From positions 437,840 through 501,839 of the forward strand of contig CAVSKL010000004.1 of the NCBI GenBank assembly GCA_963728475.1: a stretch of 64,000 nt of DNA, read 5' to 3'. Position numbers and translations under genes: made by a program. This document shows, piece after piece, positions 49,176 through 59,066 of the stretch (position 1 is the stretch's first letter; every line of letters begins with the position of its first letter). The notes under the pieces are model-generated. The model was not told the origin of the DNA. It worked only from the letters and a program-made list of their open reading frames with translations, and made no database searches. This DNA comes from Candidatus Eiseniibacteriota bacterium (lineage in GTDB: Bacteria > Eisenbacteria > RBG-16-71-46 > JABDJR01).

Positions 49176-50076
49176 ACCGGACCCCGCGGCCTGGGACCTG
49201 ACCGCCGAGGCCCCGGCCAAGCTCAACCTCGCCCTGGAGATCGTCCGGCGGCGGCCCGACGGCTATCACGACCTCCGCACCGTGTTCCAGGCGGTGGACC
49301 TGGCCGACACCCTCCTGGTGCGGGAGCGGACCGGGCCGGGGATCGCGCTCTCCGTGGAGGGCCTCCCCGGGATCCCCGCCGGCCCCGGGAACCTGGTCGT
49401 CCGGGCGGGGGAAGCGCTCCGGGCCCGGCATGGACGGGACCGGGGGGCGGAGATCCGCCTGGTGAAGCGCATCCCCGCCGGCGCCGGCCTCGGCGGGGGG
49501 TCGAGCGACGCCGCGGCGGCGCTCCTGGCCCTGGAGGATCTGTGGGGGCTTCCTCCTGACCCGGCCGAGCGATTCCGGCTCGCGGCGGAGCTGGGGTCGG
49601 ACGTTCCCTTCTTCCTGCTCGGAGGGACCGCCCTGGGGGAAGGCCGGGGCGAGATCCTGACCCGGCTCCCCGCCCCCCCGGCGTGCGGCTGGGTGGTGGT
49701 AATCCCGGATTTTGGGGTGTCGACGACGGCCGCCTACACTCAGGTGTCAGAGACCTTGACGGAAACGGACCGGCACCTTAAGGTTTTGTTAAGCGCCTTG
49801 GAAAGAGGCGACCTGCGGCTCCTGGCGAGCCGCATTTCGAATGACCTGGAAGCCGGGGTTCTCCGGATCGAGCCTCGGCTGGCTCGGATACGATCGGAGC
49901 TCGAAAGGCTGCCGGTCCTGGCGGTAGGACTCACCGGAAGCGGGGCGGCGCTCTTCGCCCTGACCGAGTCCCAGGGGACCGCCCGGGACCTCGCGGACCA
50001 TGCGCCCCCCCCGGGGGGGTGCCGCTTGATTTGCGTCGAGCCGGTGGGATATGGAGCCAGGGTCGTTTCACGGTGA
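49159..50076 (+). CDS. ispE: 4-diphosphocytidyl-2-C-methyl-D-erythritol kinase
   Basis: GHMP kinase motifs PAKLNLALEIVRRRPDGYHDL and PAGAGLGGGSSDAAA. Overlaps the UbiA-family gene by 17 nt. Confidence 0.9.
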   Translation: MRRASEPDPAAWDLTAEAPAKLNLALEIVRRRPDGYHDLRTVFQAVDLADTLLVRERTGPGIALSVEGLPGIPAGPGNLVVRAGEALRARHGRDRGAEIRLVKRIPAGAGLGGGSSDAAAALLALEDLWGLPPDPAERFRLAAELGSDVPFFLLGGTALGEGRGEILTRLPAPPACGWVVVIPDFGVSTTAAYTQVSETLTETDRHLKVLLSALERGDLRLLASRISNDLEAGVLRIEPRLARIRSELERLPVLAVGLTGSGAALFALTESQGTARDLADHAPPPGGCRLICVEPVGYGARVVSR

Positions 50077-50172
50077 CAGGGGGAGCATCGGTACCTGCCG
50101 GACGGGCGTGCCCGCTCCGGTCCGTGAAACTCCGGGCGCCGGCCCCTGGCCGGACCCCTGGCGGGGGGTTCG

Positions 50173-50487
50173 ATGCAAATTACCGAGATCCGGCTTGTCC
50201 AGAAGCGGGACGGCAGGCTCCTGGCCCTGGTCAACGTGGTCTTCGACGGGTGCTTTCTGATCCGGGGGCTCAAGCTCATCGAGGGCCAGGACGGCCGGCG
50301 GTTCGTGGCCATGCCCAACCGCCGCCGCCAGGATGGGGCCTACCTGGACGTCGCCCACCCCCTCACCGCCGACTTCCGGAAATACCTTGAAGACACCGTG
50401 ATCGGCGAATATACTCGCCAGCTCTCTGCCGAGCCGGAGCGCTCGGACCACGGCTCGGCGCGCCGCGAGAGCGGCGATTTCGAGTAG
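50173..50487 (+). CDS. spoVG: septation protein SpoVG
   Basis: Canonical SpoVG sequence MQITEIRLVQKRDGRLLALVNVVFDGCFLIRGLKLIEGQDGRRFVAMP. Confidence 0.9.
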   Translation: MQITEIRLVQKRDGRLLALVNVVFDGCFLIRGLKLIEGQDGRRFVAMPNRRRQDGAYLDVAHPLTADFRKYLEDTVIGEYTRQLSAEPERSDHGSARRESGDFE

Positions 50488-50786
50488 GGTCCGGCCCCGT
50501 GCGGAGGCGGCGCAGGCGCGCCCGGGGCGCCCGCGTCCGGATCGATCCAAGGTCATAGCTTACCCTGACCCGCGGCCGAACCACGCCGCGTAGGATCCGG
50601 ACGGCGCCGGCCGCACGGCCCCGCCGCGGCGGAAACCGATGGGCGCCGGCGGCGCCCTTCCTGGAAGAGTCACCGACCGACCGCTCCGGCGGGACGTTCA
50701 CGGCCGGGAGCGCGCGCGCGGGACCCCCCCGGTTCCGTGCGTCCGCCCCGAGGCCCGGTCCGGCCCGGTGAGCGCGGGAGTCTGCC

Positions 50787-51731
<945 letters not shown>

Positions 51732-51795
51732 GCGGGAGCAATCGTCGCCCGCTCGCGCTCCCGGGGGCGGGCGGCAAGCCAGGAGGTAACGAGAC

Positions 51796-52458
51796 ATGGC
51801 CACCACGGTTCAGTTGAACGGCAGCGTCCGCAGCGGGAAGGGGAAAGGCGTGGCGCGGAAGCTGCGCGCCGCCAAGCGCATCCCCGCCGTGGTCTACGGC
51901 AAGGGCACGGACCCGGTGATGATCGACATCGACGCGCGCGAGTTCCTGCGCGCGGTGAGCGGCCACTCGGTCTCGAACCTGGTCGTGGACCTGGCGGTGG
52001 GCGCCAGCGACCTGGTCAAGACCCTCATCCGCGAAGTGCAGACCGATCCCCTCACCGGCGAGGTCTACCACGTGGACCTCAACCGGATCTCCCTCACCGA
52101 GCGCATCGAGGTCGAAGTGCCGGTGGTGCTCGCCGGGATACCGGTGGGGGTCAAGGAGTACGGCGGGATCCTCCAGCACGCGGTCCGGTCCCTGGCCATC
52201 AAGTGCTTGGCCGTCGACATCCCGGACAAGGTGACGGTGGACGTGTCGGGGTTGATGATCGGCGACTCCATCCACGTGCGGGATCTCGAGGTCCCCGACG
52301 TGGAGTTCCTGGAGGAGCCGGACACCAGCGTGGCCTCGGTGGTGCCGCCCACGGTGGTGAAGGAAGAGGTCGCCGCGGAGGAGGGTGCGGCCGCCGAAGG
52401 CGCCGCCGAACCCGAGCTGGTGGGGAAGAAGAAGGAAGAGTCCGAGGGTGGGGACTAG
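51796..52458 (+). CDS. rplY: 50S ribosomal protein L25 / general stress protein Ctc
   Basis: L25 N-terminal domain (RSGKGKGVARKLRAAKRIPAVVYGKG) plus the Ctc-type C-terminal extension. Confidence 0.9.
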   Translation: MATTVQLNGSVRSGKGKGVARKLRAAKRIPAVVYGKGTDPVMIDIDAREFLRAVSGHSVSNLVVDLAVGASDLVKTLIREVQTDPLTGEVYHVDLNRISLTERIEVEVPVVLAGIPVGVKEYGGILQHAVRSLAIKCLAVDIPDKVTVDVSGLMIGDSIHVRDLEVPDVEFLEEPDTSVASVVPPTVVKEEVAAEEGAAAEGAAEPELVGKKKEESEGGD

Positions 52459-52460
52459 GC

Positions 52461-53033
52461 TTGGCCGATCCCTTCTCGGTGGTGGTGGGTCTGGGGAATC
52501 CGGGCCCCCGCTACGAGCGGACCCGCCACAACGTGGGTTTCCGGCTCCTGGACCGCCTTGCCCGGGAAACCCTGGCGGGACGCGAGCGGCGGGAAGGGGA
52601 CTGCGCGGTGGCCTGGGCCCGGATGGGGAGGGAGCGGGTGGCGCTGGTGCGGCCCCTCCTGCTCATGAACCGGAGCGGTGACGCCCTGGCCTCGTGGCCG
52701 GAGTGGGCGCTGGTGGAACCGGACCGGCGCCTGATCGCGTTCGACGACGTGGCGCTTCCCTTCGGGGCCCTCCGGCTCCGCCGGGAGGGGAGCGCGGGCG
52801 GGCACCGAGGGCTGGCCTCGGTGCTGGACCGGCTGGGGACGACGGCGGTGCCCCGGCTCCGGATGGGGATCGCGGGCGGCGAGGCCGGGCGTGATCTCAG
52901 GGACTACGTACTGGAGGCCTTCTCGGAAGAGGAGGAGGCGGCGATCGGGCCCTGGTTGGACAGGGCGGTGGAGTGCGTCCGGATCTTCCTCGCCGAAGGC
53001 GCGGACGCCGCGATGAACCGTTTCAACCGCTGA
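52461..53033 (+). CDS. pth: peptidyl-tRNA hydrolase
   Basis: VVGLGNPGPRYERTRHNVGF and GLRREGSAGGHRGLAS motifs, with a TTG start. Confidence 0.9.
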   Translation: MADPFSVVVGLGNPGPRYERTRHNVGFRLLDRLARETLAGRERREGDCAVAWARMGRERVALVRPLLLMNRSGDALASWPEWALVEPDRRLIAFDDVALPFGALRLRREGSAGGHRGLASVLDRLGTTAVPRLRMGIAGGEAGRDLRDYVLEAFSEEEEAAIGPWLDRAVECVRIFLAEGADAAMNRFNR

Positions 53034-53094
53034 CCCGTCCGCTGGGCCGGACGGAACGGCCCGGTCCGACCGGGCCGGGGAGGAGACAAGTTCC

Positions 53095-55194
53095 ATGCCC
53101 GTGCAGATTCTGGTGGCGCTGGGTTCGGGGCTCCTGGCCCTGGTCTTCGCCGCCTACCTCGCCCTGGGGCGGGTGATGAAGGCCGATCCCGGCAACGAGA
53201 CCATGATCGCCATCTCGCATTCCATCCACGAGGGCGCCATGGCTTTCCTGAAGAAGGAATACCGCGCCATCGGCATCTTCGTGGTGTTCCTGGCCGTGGT
53301 GATCGCGCTGGGAATCCGGGGCCATACCCCCGGTCTGGGCTGGAAGACGGCGGTCGCGTTCATGTTCGGGGCGCTGTGCTCGGTGAGCGCGGGCTTCATC
53401 GGCATGCAGATCGCCACCCGGGCCAACAGCCGCACCGCCCAGGCCGCCACCCGGGGGTTCAACGCCGCCCTCGGCGTGGCCTTCCCCGGCGGCGCGGTTA
53501 TGGGGATGTGCGTCGCCGGAATCGGGCTCGCCGGACTCTCCCTGGCCTTCTACCTGTTCGGTTTGAGCGACCAGATTGGGGGAGCGGCCGAGATCATCGC
53601 CGGCTTCAGCATGGGGGCCTCCTCCATCGCGCTCTTCGCGCGCGTGGGCGGGGGGATCTACACCAAGGCCGCCGACGTGGGCGCGGACCTGGTGGGCAAG
53701 GTCGAGGCGGGCATCCCCGAGGACGACCCGCGGAACCCCGCCACCATCGCCGACAACGTGGGCGACAACGTGGGCGACGTGGCCGGCATGGGCGCCGACC
53801 TCTTCGAGTCCTACGTGGGCACCATCGTCAGCGCCATCGTGATCTCGGTGGCGATTCCCGAGCTGGACTCGGTCAAGGCCATCAGCTACTCCTTCCTCAT
53901 CGCGGCGATCGGCATCTTCGCCTCCATCCTGGGCGTGTTCTTCGTCCGGGTGAAGGAAGGGGGGAATCCCCAGCTCGCGCTGCGCAACGGCACCGTGGCC
54001 TCGGCGGTCCTGTTCACCCTGGGCAGCCTGGCCATGACCTTCGGGCTCTACCGGGATCTCACCTGGACTTCCACCCTGGGCGGGGTCGTCCATACCCACG
54101 GGCCCTGGGGCCTCTTCCTCTCCACCTTCTCGGGGCTGGCCGCGGGGATGATCGTGGGCTTCGTGGCCGAGTTCTACACCTCGGGGAAGACGGTGGTGAG
54201 CATCGCCGAGGCCTCCCGGACCGGAGTGGCCACCAACATCATCACCGGCTTCGCCATCGGCATGAAGAGCACGGTGCTCCCGCTGGTGGTGATCGCCGGC
54301 TCCGTCCTCCTCTCCTTCAGCCTGGCCGGATTCTTCGGGATCGCGCTCGCCGCCATCGGGATGCTGGGCATCACCGGGATGACGGTGGCGGTGGACGCCT
54401 ACGGCCCCATCGCCGACAACGCGGGCGGGATCGCGGAGATGGCGCACCTCCCCAAGGAAGTGCGCAAGGTGACCGACAGCCTCGACGCCGCCGGGAACAC
54501 CACCGCCGCCATCGCCAAGGGGTTCGCGATCGGCTCGGCGGCGCTGACCGCCCTGGCGCTGTTCACCGCGTTCGTCCAGGCGACCGGGATCCAGCCCGCG
54601 GAGTTCAACATCACCAACGTCCACGTGCTGGCCGGCCTCATGGTCGGCGGCATCGTGCCCTTCCTGTTCGCCGCCGACACCATGCGCGCGGTGGGACGGG
54701 CGGCGTTCAGCGTGGTGAACGAGGTGCGCCGGCAGTTCCGGGAGATCCCCGGCCTCATGGAGGGGACGGCGAAGGCCGAGTACGCCCGGTGCGTGTCCAT
54801 CACCACCGACGCCGCGTTGAAGGAGATGGTCGGCCCCGGCGTGCTGGCGGTGGCGATCCCGCTGGTGGTGGGAATCGTGTTCGGGGTGGAGACCCTGGGC
54901 GGGCTGCTGGCGGGCGCGCTCATCTCGGGCGTTCCCCTGGCGCTCATGCTGGCCAACGCCGGCGGGGCCTGGGACAACGCCAAGAAGTACATCGAGAGCG
55001 GGGAGCTCAAGGACGAATCCGGCGCCCCGCTGGCCAAGGGAAGCGACCCCCACAAGGCGGCGGTGGTGGGCGACACCGTAGGCGATCCGTTCAAGGACAC
55101 CTCGGGGCCGGCCCTCAACATCCTGCTCAAACTCATGGCGATCGTGTCGCTGGTCTTCGCGCCGGCCATCATGGCGCTGCACCGGCTGCTCTAG
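53095..55194 (+). CDS. hppA: membrane-bound H(+)- or Na(+)-translocating pyrophosphatase
   Basis: ~700 aa with 16 TM helices and the signatures GGGIYTKAADVGADLVGKVE and DNVGDNVGD. Confidence 0.95.
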   Translation: MPVQILVALGSGLLALVFAAYLALGRVMKADPGNETMIAISHSIHEGAMAFLKKEYRAIGIFVVFLAVVIALGIRGHTPGLGWKTAVAFMFGALCSVSAGFIGMQIATRANSRTAQAATRGFNAALGVAFPGGAVMGMCVAGIGLAGLSLAFYLFGLSDQIGGAAEIIAGFSMGASSIALFARVGGGIYTKAADVGADLVGKVEAGIPEDDPRNPATIADNVGDNVGDVAGMGADLFESYVGTIVSAIVISVAIPELDSVKAISYSFLIAAIGIFASILGVFFVRVKEGGNPQLALRNGTVASAVLFTLGSLAMTFGLYRDLTWTSTLGGVVHTHGPWGLFLSTFSGLAAGMIVGFVAEFYTSGKTVVSIAEASRTGVATNIITGFAIGMKSTVLPLVVIAGSVLLSFSLAGFFGIALAAIGMLGITGMTVAVDAYGPIADNAGGIAEMAHLPKEVRKVTDSLDAAGNTTAAIAKGFAIGSAALTALALFTAFVQATGIQPAEFNITNVHVLAGLMVGGIVPFLFAADTMRAVGRAAFSVVNEVRRQFREIPGLMEGTAKAEYARCVSITTDAALKEMVGPGVLAVAIPLVVGIVFGVETLGGLLAGALISGVPLALMLANAGGAWDNAKKYIESGELKDESGAPLAKGSDPHKAAVVGDTVGDPFKDTSGPALNILLKLMAIVSLVFAPAIMALHRLL

Positions 55195-55213
55195 CCAAGT
55201 TCAGGAGAACGGA

Positions 55214-55582
55214 ATGACCCAGGAATACGAGACGATCTTTGTACTGGACCCGGGGGTGGACGACGCCCAGGTGGACGCCGAGGTCGAGAAGATCCGCGAG
55301 TTCATCACCAGCCGGGAGGGCGAGGTGACGGAGATCCAGAAGTGGGGGCGGCGCAAGCTCGCCTACGAGATCCGGAAGAAGAAGGAGGGGGTCTACACCC
55401 TCATCCGCTTCCGCAGCGAGACCTCGCTCCCCGCCGAGCTGGACCGCCGCTACCGCCTGAACGAAAGCATGCTCCGGCACCTCACCGTGCTCTTCGAGGG
55501 GCCCACCACCGAGGAGCAGGCCGCCGAGGCCGAGGGCCGGTCCGGCGAGCGGCGGGGCGACCCCTCCGACGACGAGGAATAA
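55214..55582 (+). CDS. rpsF: 30S ribosomal protein S6
   Basis: YETIFVLDP...KWGRRKLAYEI, plus an acidic C-terminal tail. Confidence 0.9.
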   Translation: MTQEYETIFVLDPGVDDAQVDAEVEKIREFITSREGEVTEIQKWGRRKLAYEIRKKKEGVYTLIRFRSETSLPAELDRRYRLNESMLRHLTVLFEGPTTEEQAAEAEGRSGERRGDPSDDEE

Positions 55583-55617
55583 GCCCGGCTCCGCCGGAAT
55601 AGACAAGGAGGAATGTC

Positions 55618-55860
55618 ATGGCCAGATTCAAGGGTCCCCGCGTCCCGAAGCGGAAGTACTGCAAGCTCTGCTTCGAGAAGGTGACCTTCGTGGACTACAA
55701 GGACGAACGCAAGCTCCAGCGGTTCCTGACCGACCACGGCAAGATCGTCCCTCGCCGGGTGTCGGGCTCCTGCTCCCCCCATCAGGCCCAGATCACCCGG
55801 GCCATCAAGCGGGCGCGGGTGCTGGCGCTCCTGCCCTACACCAACGACCAGATTCGCTGA
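55618..55860 (+). CDS. rpsR: 30S ribosomal protein S18
   Basis: CKLCFEKVTFVDYKDERKLQRFLTDHGKI..R.SG.C..HQ. Confidence 0.9.
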   Translation: MARFKGPRVPKRKYCKLCFEKVTFVDYKDERKLQRFLTDHGKIVPRRVSGSCSPHQAQITRAIKRARVLALLPYTNDQIR

Positions 55861-55880
55861 CGAGAGGGAGGTCCGCCGAA

Positions 55881-56324
55881 ATGGAAGTGATCCTGCTGGA
55901 GAACGTCAAGGGGATGGGGGAACGCGGGGACAAGGTGCGCGTGGCCGACGGCTACGCGCGCAACTTCCTGATTCCCAAGAAGATGGCGATCGCGGCCACC
56001 GGCACCGGGGCCAAGATGTTCGCGGAACTCGAGCGGCAGCGCGCCCACCGCGAGACCAAGGTCAAGCGGCAGGCCGAGGACATGGCCAAGAAGTTCGAGA
56101 ACGTCTCGGTCCACATCGCGGTAGAGGTAGGCGAGGAGGATCGCCTGTTCGGTTCGGTGACCTCGGCCGACATCGCCGAGGCCCTGCACGCCCAGAACAT
56201 CGAGGTGGACAAGCGCAAGATTCTCCTCGATGAGCCCCTCAGGCAGCTCGGGGTCTACAACGTGCCGATCAAGCTCTTCCAGGACGTGGAGGGCAAGGTC
56301 AAGGTCTGGGTCGTCAAGAAGTAG
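55881..56324 (+). CDS. rplI: 50S ribosomal protein L9
   Basis: MEVILLENVKGMGERGDKVRVADGYARNFLIPKK at the N-terminus and the C-terminal domain. Confidence 0.9.
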   Translation: MEVILLENVKGMGERGDKVRVADGYARNFLIPKKMAIAATGTGAKMFAELERQRAHRETKVKRQAEDMAKKFENVSVHIAVEVGEEDRLFGSVTSADIAEALHAQNIEVDKRKILLDEPLRQLGVYNVPIKLFQDVEGKVKVWVVKK

Positions 56325-56353
56325 CCGTCGACCCGTAGCCGAGAGAGGCATCC

Positions 56354-57597
56354 ATGAAGCGCTCCTGGATCCTGTTCGCCGCCGCCGCTGCCACCCTCGC
56401 CCTGGGGTGCGCCAAGGGTAAGTCCGGCCCCGACGCCGGTGCCTCGGCGCCGGGGTCCGGGACTCCGGGGGATTCCCTGAGCCTCCCTCTCGCCCAGATC
56501 GGGGACGTGACCGTCACCGCCCGGGACGTCCGGTACCACATGGCCCAGACCACGGGCAAGAAGGACCTGGACCCCTACATGCACAACCCGGACATCCTCC
56601 AGGTGGCGCTCGCCGCCCTGGTGGACCAGTTCGTGTGGGCCCAGGAGGCGGAGAAGCAGGGTTACAAGCTCACTCCCGAGGACCGGAAGAAGATGGCCAT
56701 GCTCGAGTCGGAACTGCTGGCCACCCATTACGTCGCCGATGTGGTCCAGGCCAAGGCCAAGCCGACCAAGGACGAGGTCCGGACCTGGTACCAGGAGCAC
56801 CAGGAGCGCTTTCTGAGCCCGGCCCGGGTGGCGGTGCGGCACATCCTGGTGGACACCGAGGCGGAGGCGAACCGCCTGGAGAAGCTGGCCCAGGACGGCC
56901 AGGACTTCAGCCAGCTCGCCCGCCGGTACTCCAAGGACGATGTGACCCGCGACCTGGGCGGCGCCCTCGGCTACGTCCAGAAGGACTCCGACATCCTGGG
57001 GGTCGGCAGGAACAACGTGTTCTCGGACAAGGTGCTGAGCATGAACCCCGGCGACGTGGCGGTGGTGCGGGGGGCCAAGGGCTGGCACGTGGTCAAGGTG
57101 GAGAAGAAGGAGGGGGGGAGGTCAAGCCGCTCAACGAGGTCTACGGCGACATCGAGGCCCAGCTCACCAACGAGCGCTTCCCCAAGGTGTACAACGACGC
57201 CCTGGCCACCGCGCGGGACGACACCCGCACCCAGTTCTACACCGAGAACTTCGGAACCTTCACCGGCATCCACAACAACTGCGAGCGGCTTATGTCCCTG
57301 GCCAAGCAGCACCCCGATCCCAAGGGATCGATCGAGCTCTTCCGCCGGGTGGCCTTCGACTTCAAGGATTGCAAGGACGCCCCCGAGGCGCAGTTCATGA
57401 TCGCGTATGTTAATCTGGTCAAGTTGAACGACCAGCGTTCCGCCCGGAAGGCCCTGGTCCGGCTCTCCAAGGAGTTCGGCAGGAGCAAGTGGCGGGATGC
57501 GGGCGCGTGGCTGGAAAAACACCTGGACGAGGAGCCGGCCCAGCTGGGTTCCGCCACGGACATCGTGGCCAAGGCGCAGGTGGGGGCCGACCGGTAG
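56354..57597 (+). CDS. PpiC/parvulin-type peptidyl-prolyl isomerase lipoprotein (SurA/PrsA-like), frame break at ~57112
   Basis: Lipobox LALGCA and parvulin domain (VAVRHILVDTEAEANRLEKLAQDGQDFSQLARRYSKD...GGALGYV). The reading frame switches at the G7 run 57112-57118, and the C-terminus continues in the 56635 frame to 57597. Confidence 0.7.
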
Positions 57598-57616
57598 GGT
57601 CCGGAAGAGAGGGTTC

Positions 57617-58126
57617 ATGCCCCTGGTACGCGTGCGTGTTCGCGGCCTGATGATGGACGAGCGGTCCAAGTCGCCGATCGTGATCCTCCAGGAGGAGGGC
57701 AACGATCGCATCCTCCCCATCTGGATCGGCGAGGCCGAGGCGCGTTCGATCGGGATGGTGCTCGCTCACGAGAAGCTCGAGCGCCCCATGACCCACGACC
57801 TCATCCTCACCGTGATCAAGAGCCTGCGAGCCACCGTGACCGGGGTCACCATCACCGCCCTCAAGGAAAACACTTTCTTCGCCGAGATCCACCTCGAGGC
57901 CGGAGGCCAGCAGGTCCTGGTCGATGCCCGCCCCTCGGATTCGATCGCGGTGGCGCTGCGCGCCGACGCCCCTCTCTTCGTGGAGGAAGAGGTGATGGCG
58001 GGGGGCCAGGTGGCGGGGGCGGCGGTGGGCGAGCCCCCCGAGAAGACGGAGAAGGAGAAGGTCGAGGAGCTGAAGAAGCTCCTCGAGGACATGGACCCGG
58101 GCGATTTCGGCCGTTTCGGGCTCTGA
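57617..58126 (+). CDS. bifunctional nuclease family protein (BFN/DUF151)
   Basis: SPIVILQEEGNDRILPIWIGEAEARSI...RPMTHDL typical of BFN. The upstream tool extension is discarded. Confidence 0.75.
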   Translation: MPLVRVRVRGLMMDERSKSPIVILQEEGNDRILPIWIGEAEARSIGMVLAHEKLERPMTHDLILTVIKSLRATVTGVTITALKENTFFAEIHLEAGGQQVLVDARPSDSIAVALRADAPLFVEEEVMAGGQVAGAAVGEPPEKTEKEKVEELKKLLEDMDPGDFGRFGL

Positions 58127-58162
58127 TCCGCCGCGCACCGGCGACCTGCCGACCTGCCGCCC

Positions 58163-58840
58163 TCAGCCTACCAGATGGAAGGTGAAAGGCAGCTTCACCC
58201 AGAAGAGACTCGGCGTCCCGTTCACCAAGTAGGGCTTGAACCGGTACTTGTAGGCCGCCTCCACCGCCGCCCGTTCCAGCAGCGGGACCTTGTGGGGATC
58301 CACCACGTAGACCTGGTTCACCCTGCCGTCCCGGTCCACCAGCATCAGGATCTCCACCGTGCCCTCGATTCCCAGATGGATGGCCGAGGGGGGATAGACC
58401 GGCCGCTCCACGTGGGTGACCTCGAGTTCGCTCTGGGCGGGCACCGGCAGTCCGGTGGTGCGGACCGCATCCCCCGCGTCGTCGCTGGTCAGGAACTCGA
58501 CCTTGTCCTCCTTGGCCACCTCGGGCTTGGGGACCGGCTCCGGCCGCTTCTCCGGTTCCACCTCGCGGTCGTAGACCAGCTCCAGGGCCACGAAGTCCGA
58601 CCGCGGCACCTCCACCCGGGCCGCGGTGAGCCGGCGCTCGCTCTCCTCCTCGGGAACGATGTCGAGTTCGGGGAGGATGCGCATGGGACCCCGGATCCCC
58701 ACGGTCCGCCGCTGGAGGGCGGTCACCCGTTCGGCGGGAACCAGGAAGAGGACGGTGGTGAGGGCCAGGGCGGCCACGGGCAGGGTGACGGCCATGCGCC
58801 GCAGGTAGGCGCGGTCCAGCTCGGCCAGACGAGATGTCAC
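58163..58840 (-). CDS. tonB: energy transducer TonB family protein
   Basis: N-terminal TM, a Pro/Glu-rich spacer (EPEKRPEPVPKPE), and a C-terminal TonB fold (YPPSAIHLGIEGTVEILMLVDRDGRV). GTG at 58840 has AGGAG upstream. Confidence 0.8.
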   Translation of the reverse strand: MTSRLAELDRAYLRRMAVTLPVAALALTTVLFLVPAERVTALQRRTVGIRGPMRILPELDIVPEEESERRLTAARVEVPRSDFVALELVYDREVEPEKRPEPVPKPEVAKEDKVEFLTSDDAGDAVRTTGLPVPAQSELEVTHVERPVYPPSAIHLGIEGTVEILMLVDRDGRVNQVYVVDPHKVPLLERAAVEAAYKYRFKPYLVNGTPSLFWVKLPFTFHLVG

Positions 58841-59066
58841 TCGGTCTCCTACGAGGGGTTCTCGGCGCAAGCATAACCCACTCCACAAGTCCCCGCCGGA
58901 GCCGGGCCGGAATCCGGCCCCGGAGCCGCCGGCCCGCCCCGCCGTGTCATAATGGAATCCCGGCCGGACGGGGGCGGGGGGAGCCCCCCCCGCGCCGCCG
59001 GCTTGGGCCGGAATCCACCCCGACATCTGGAAAACGCTTTGACCGGCCCTACCAGATCTGGTATTT

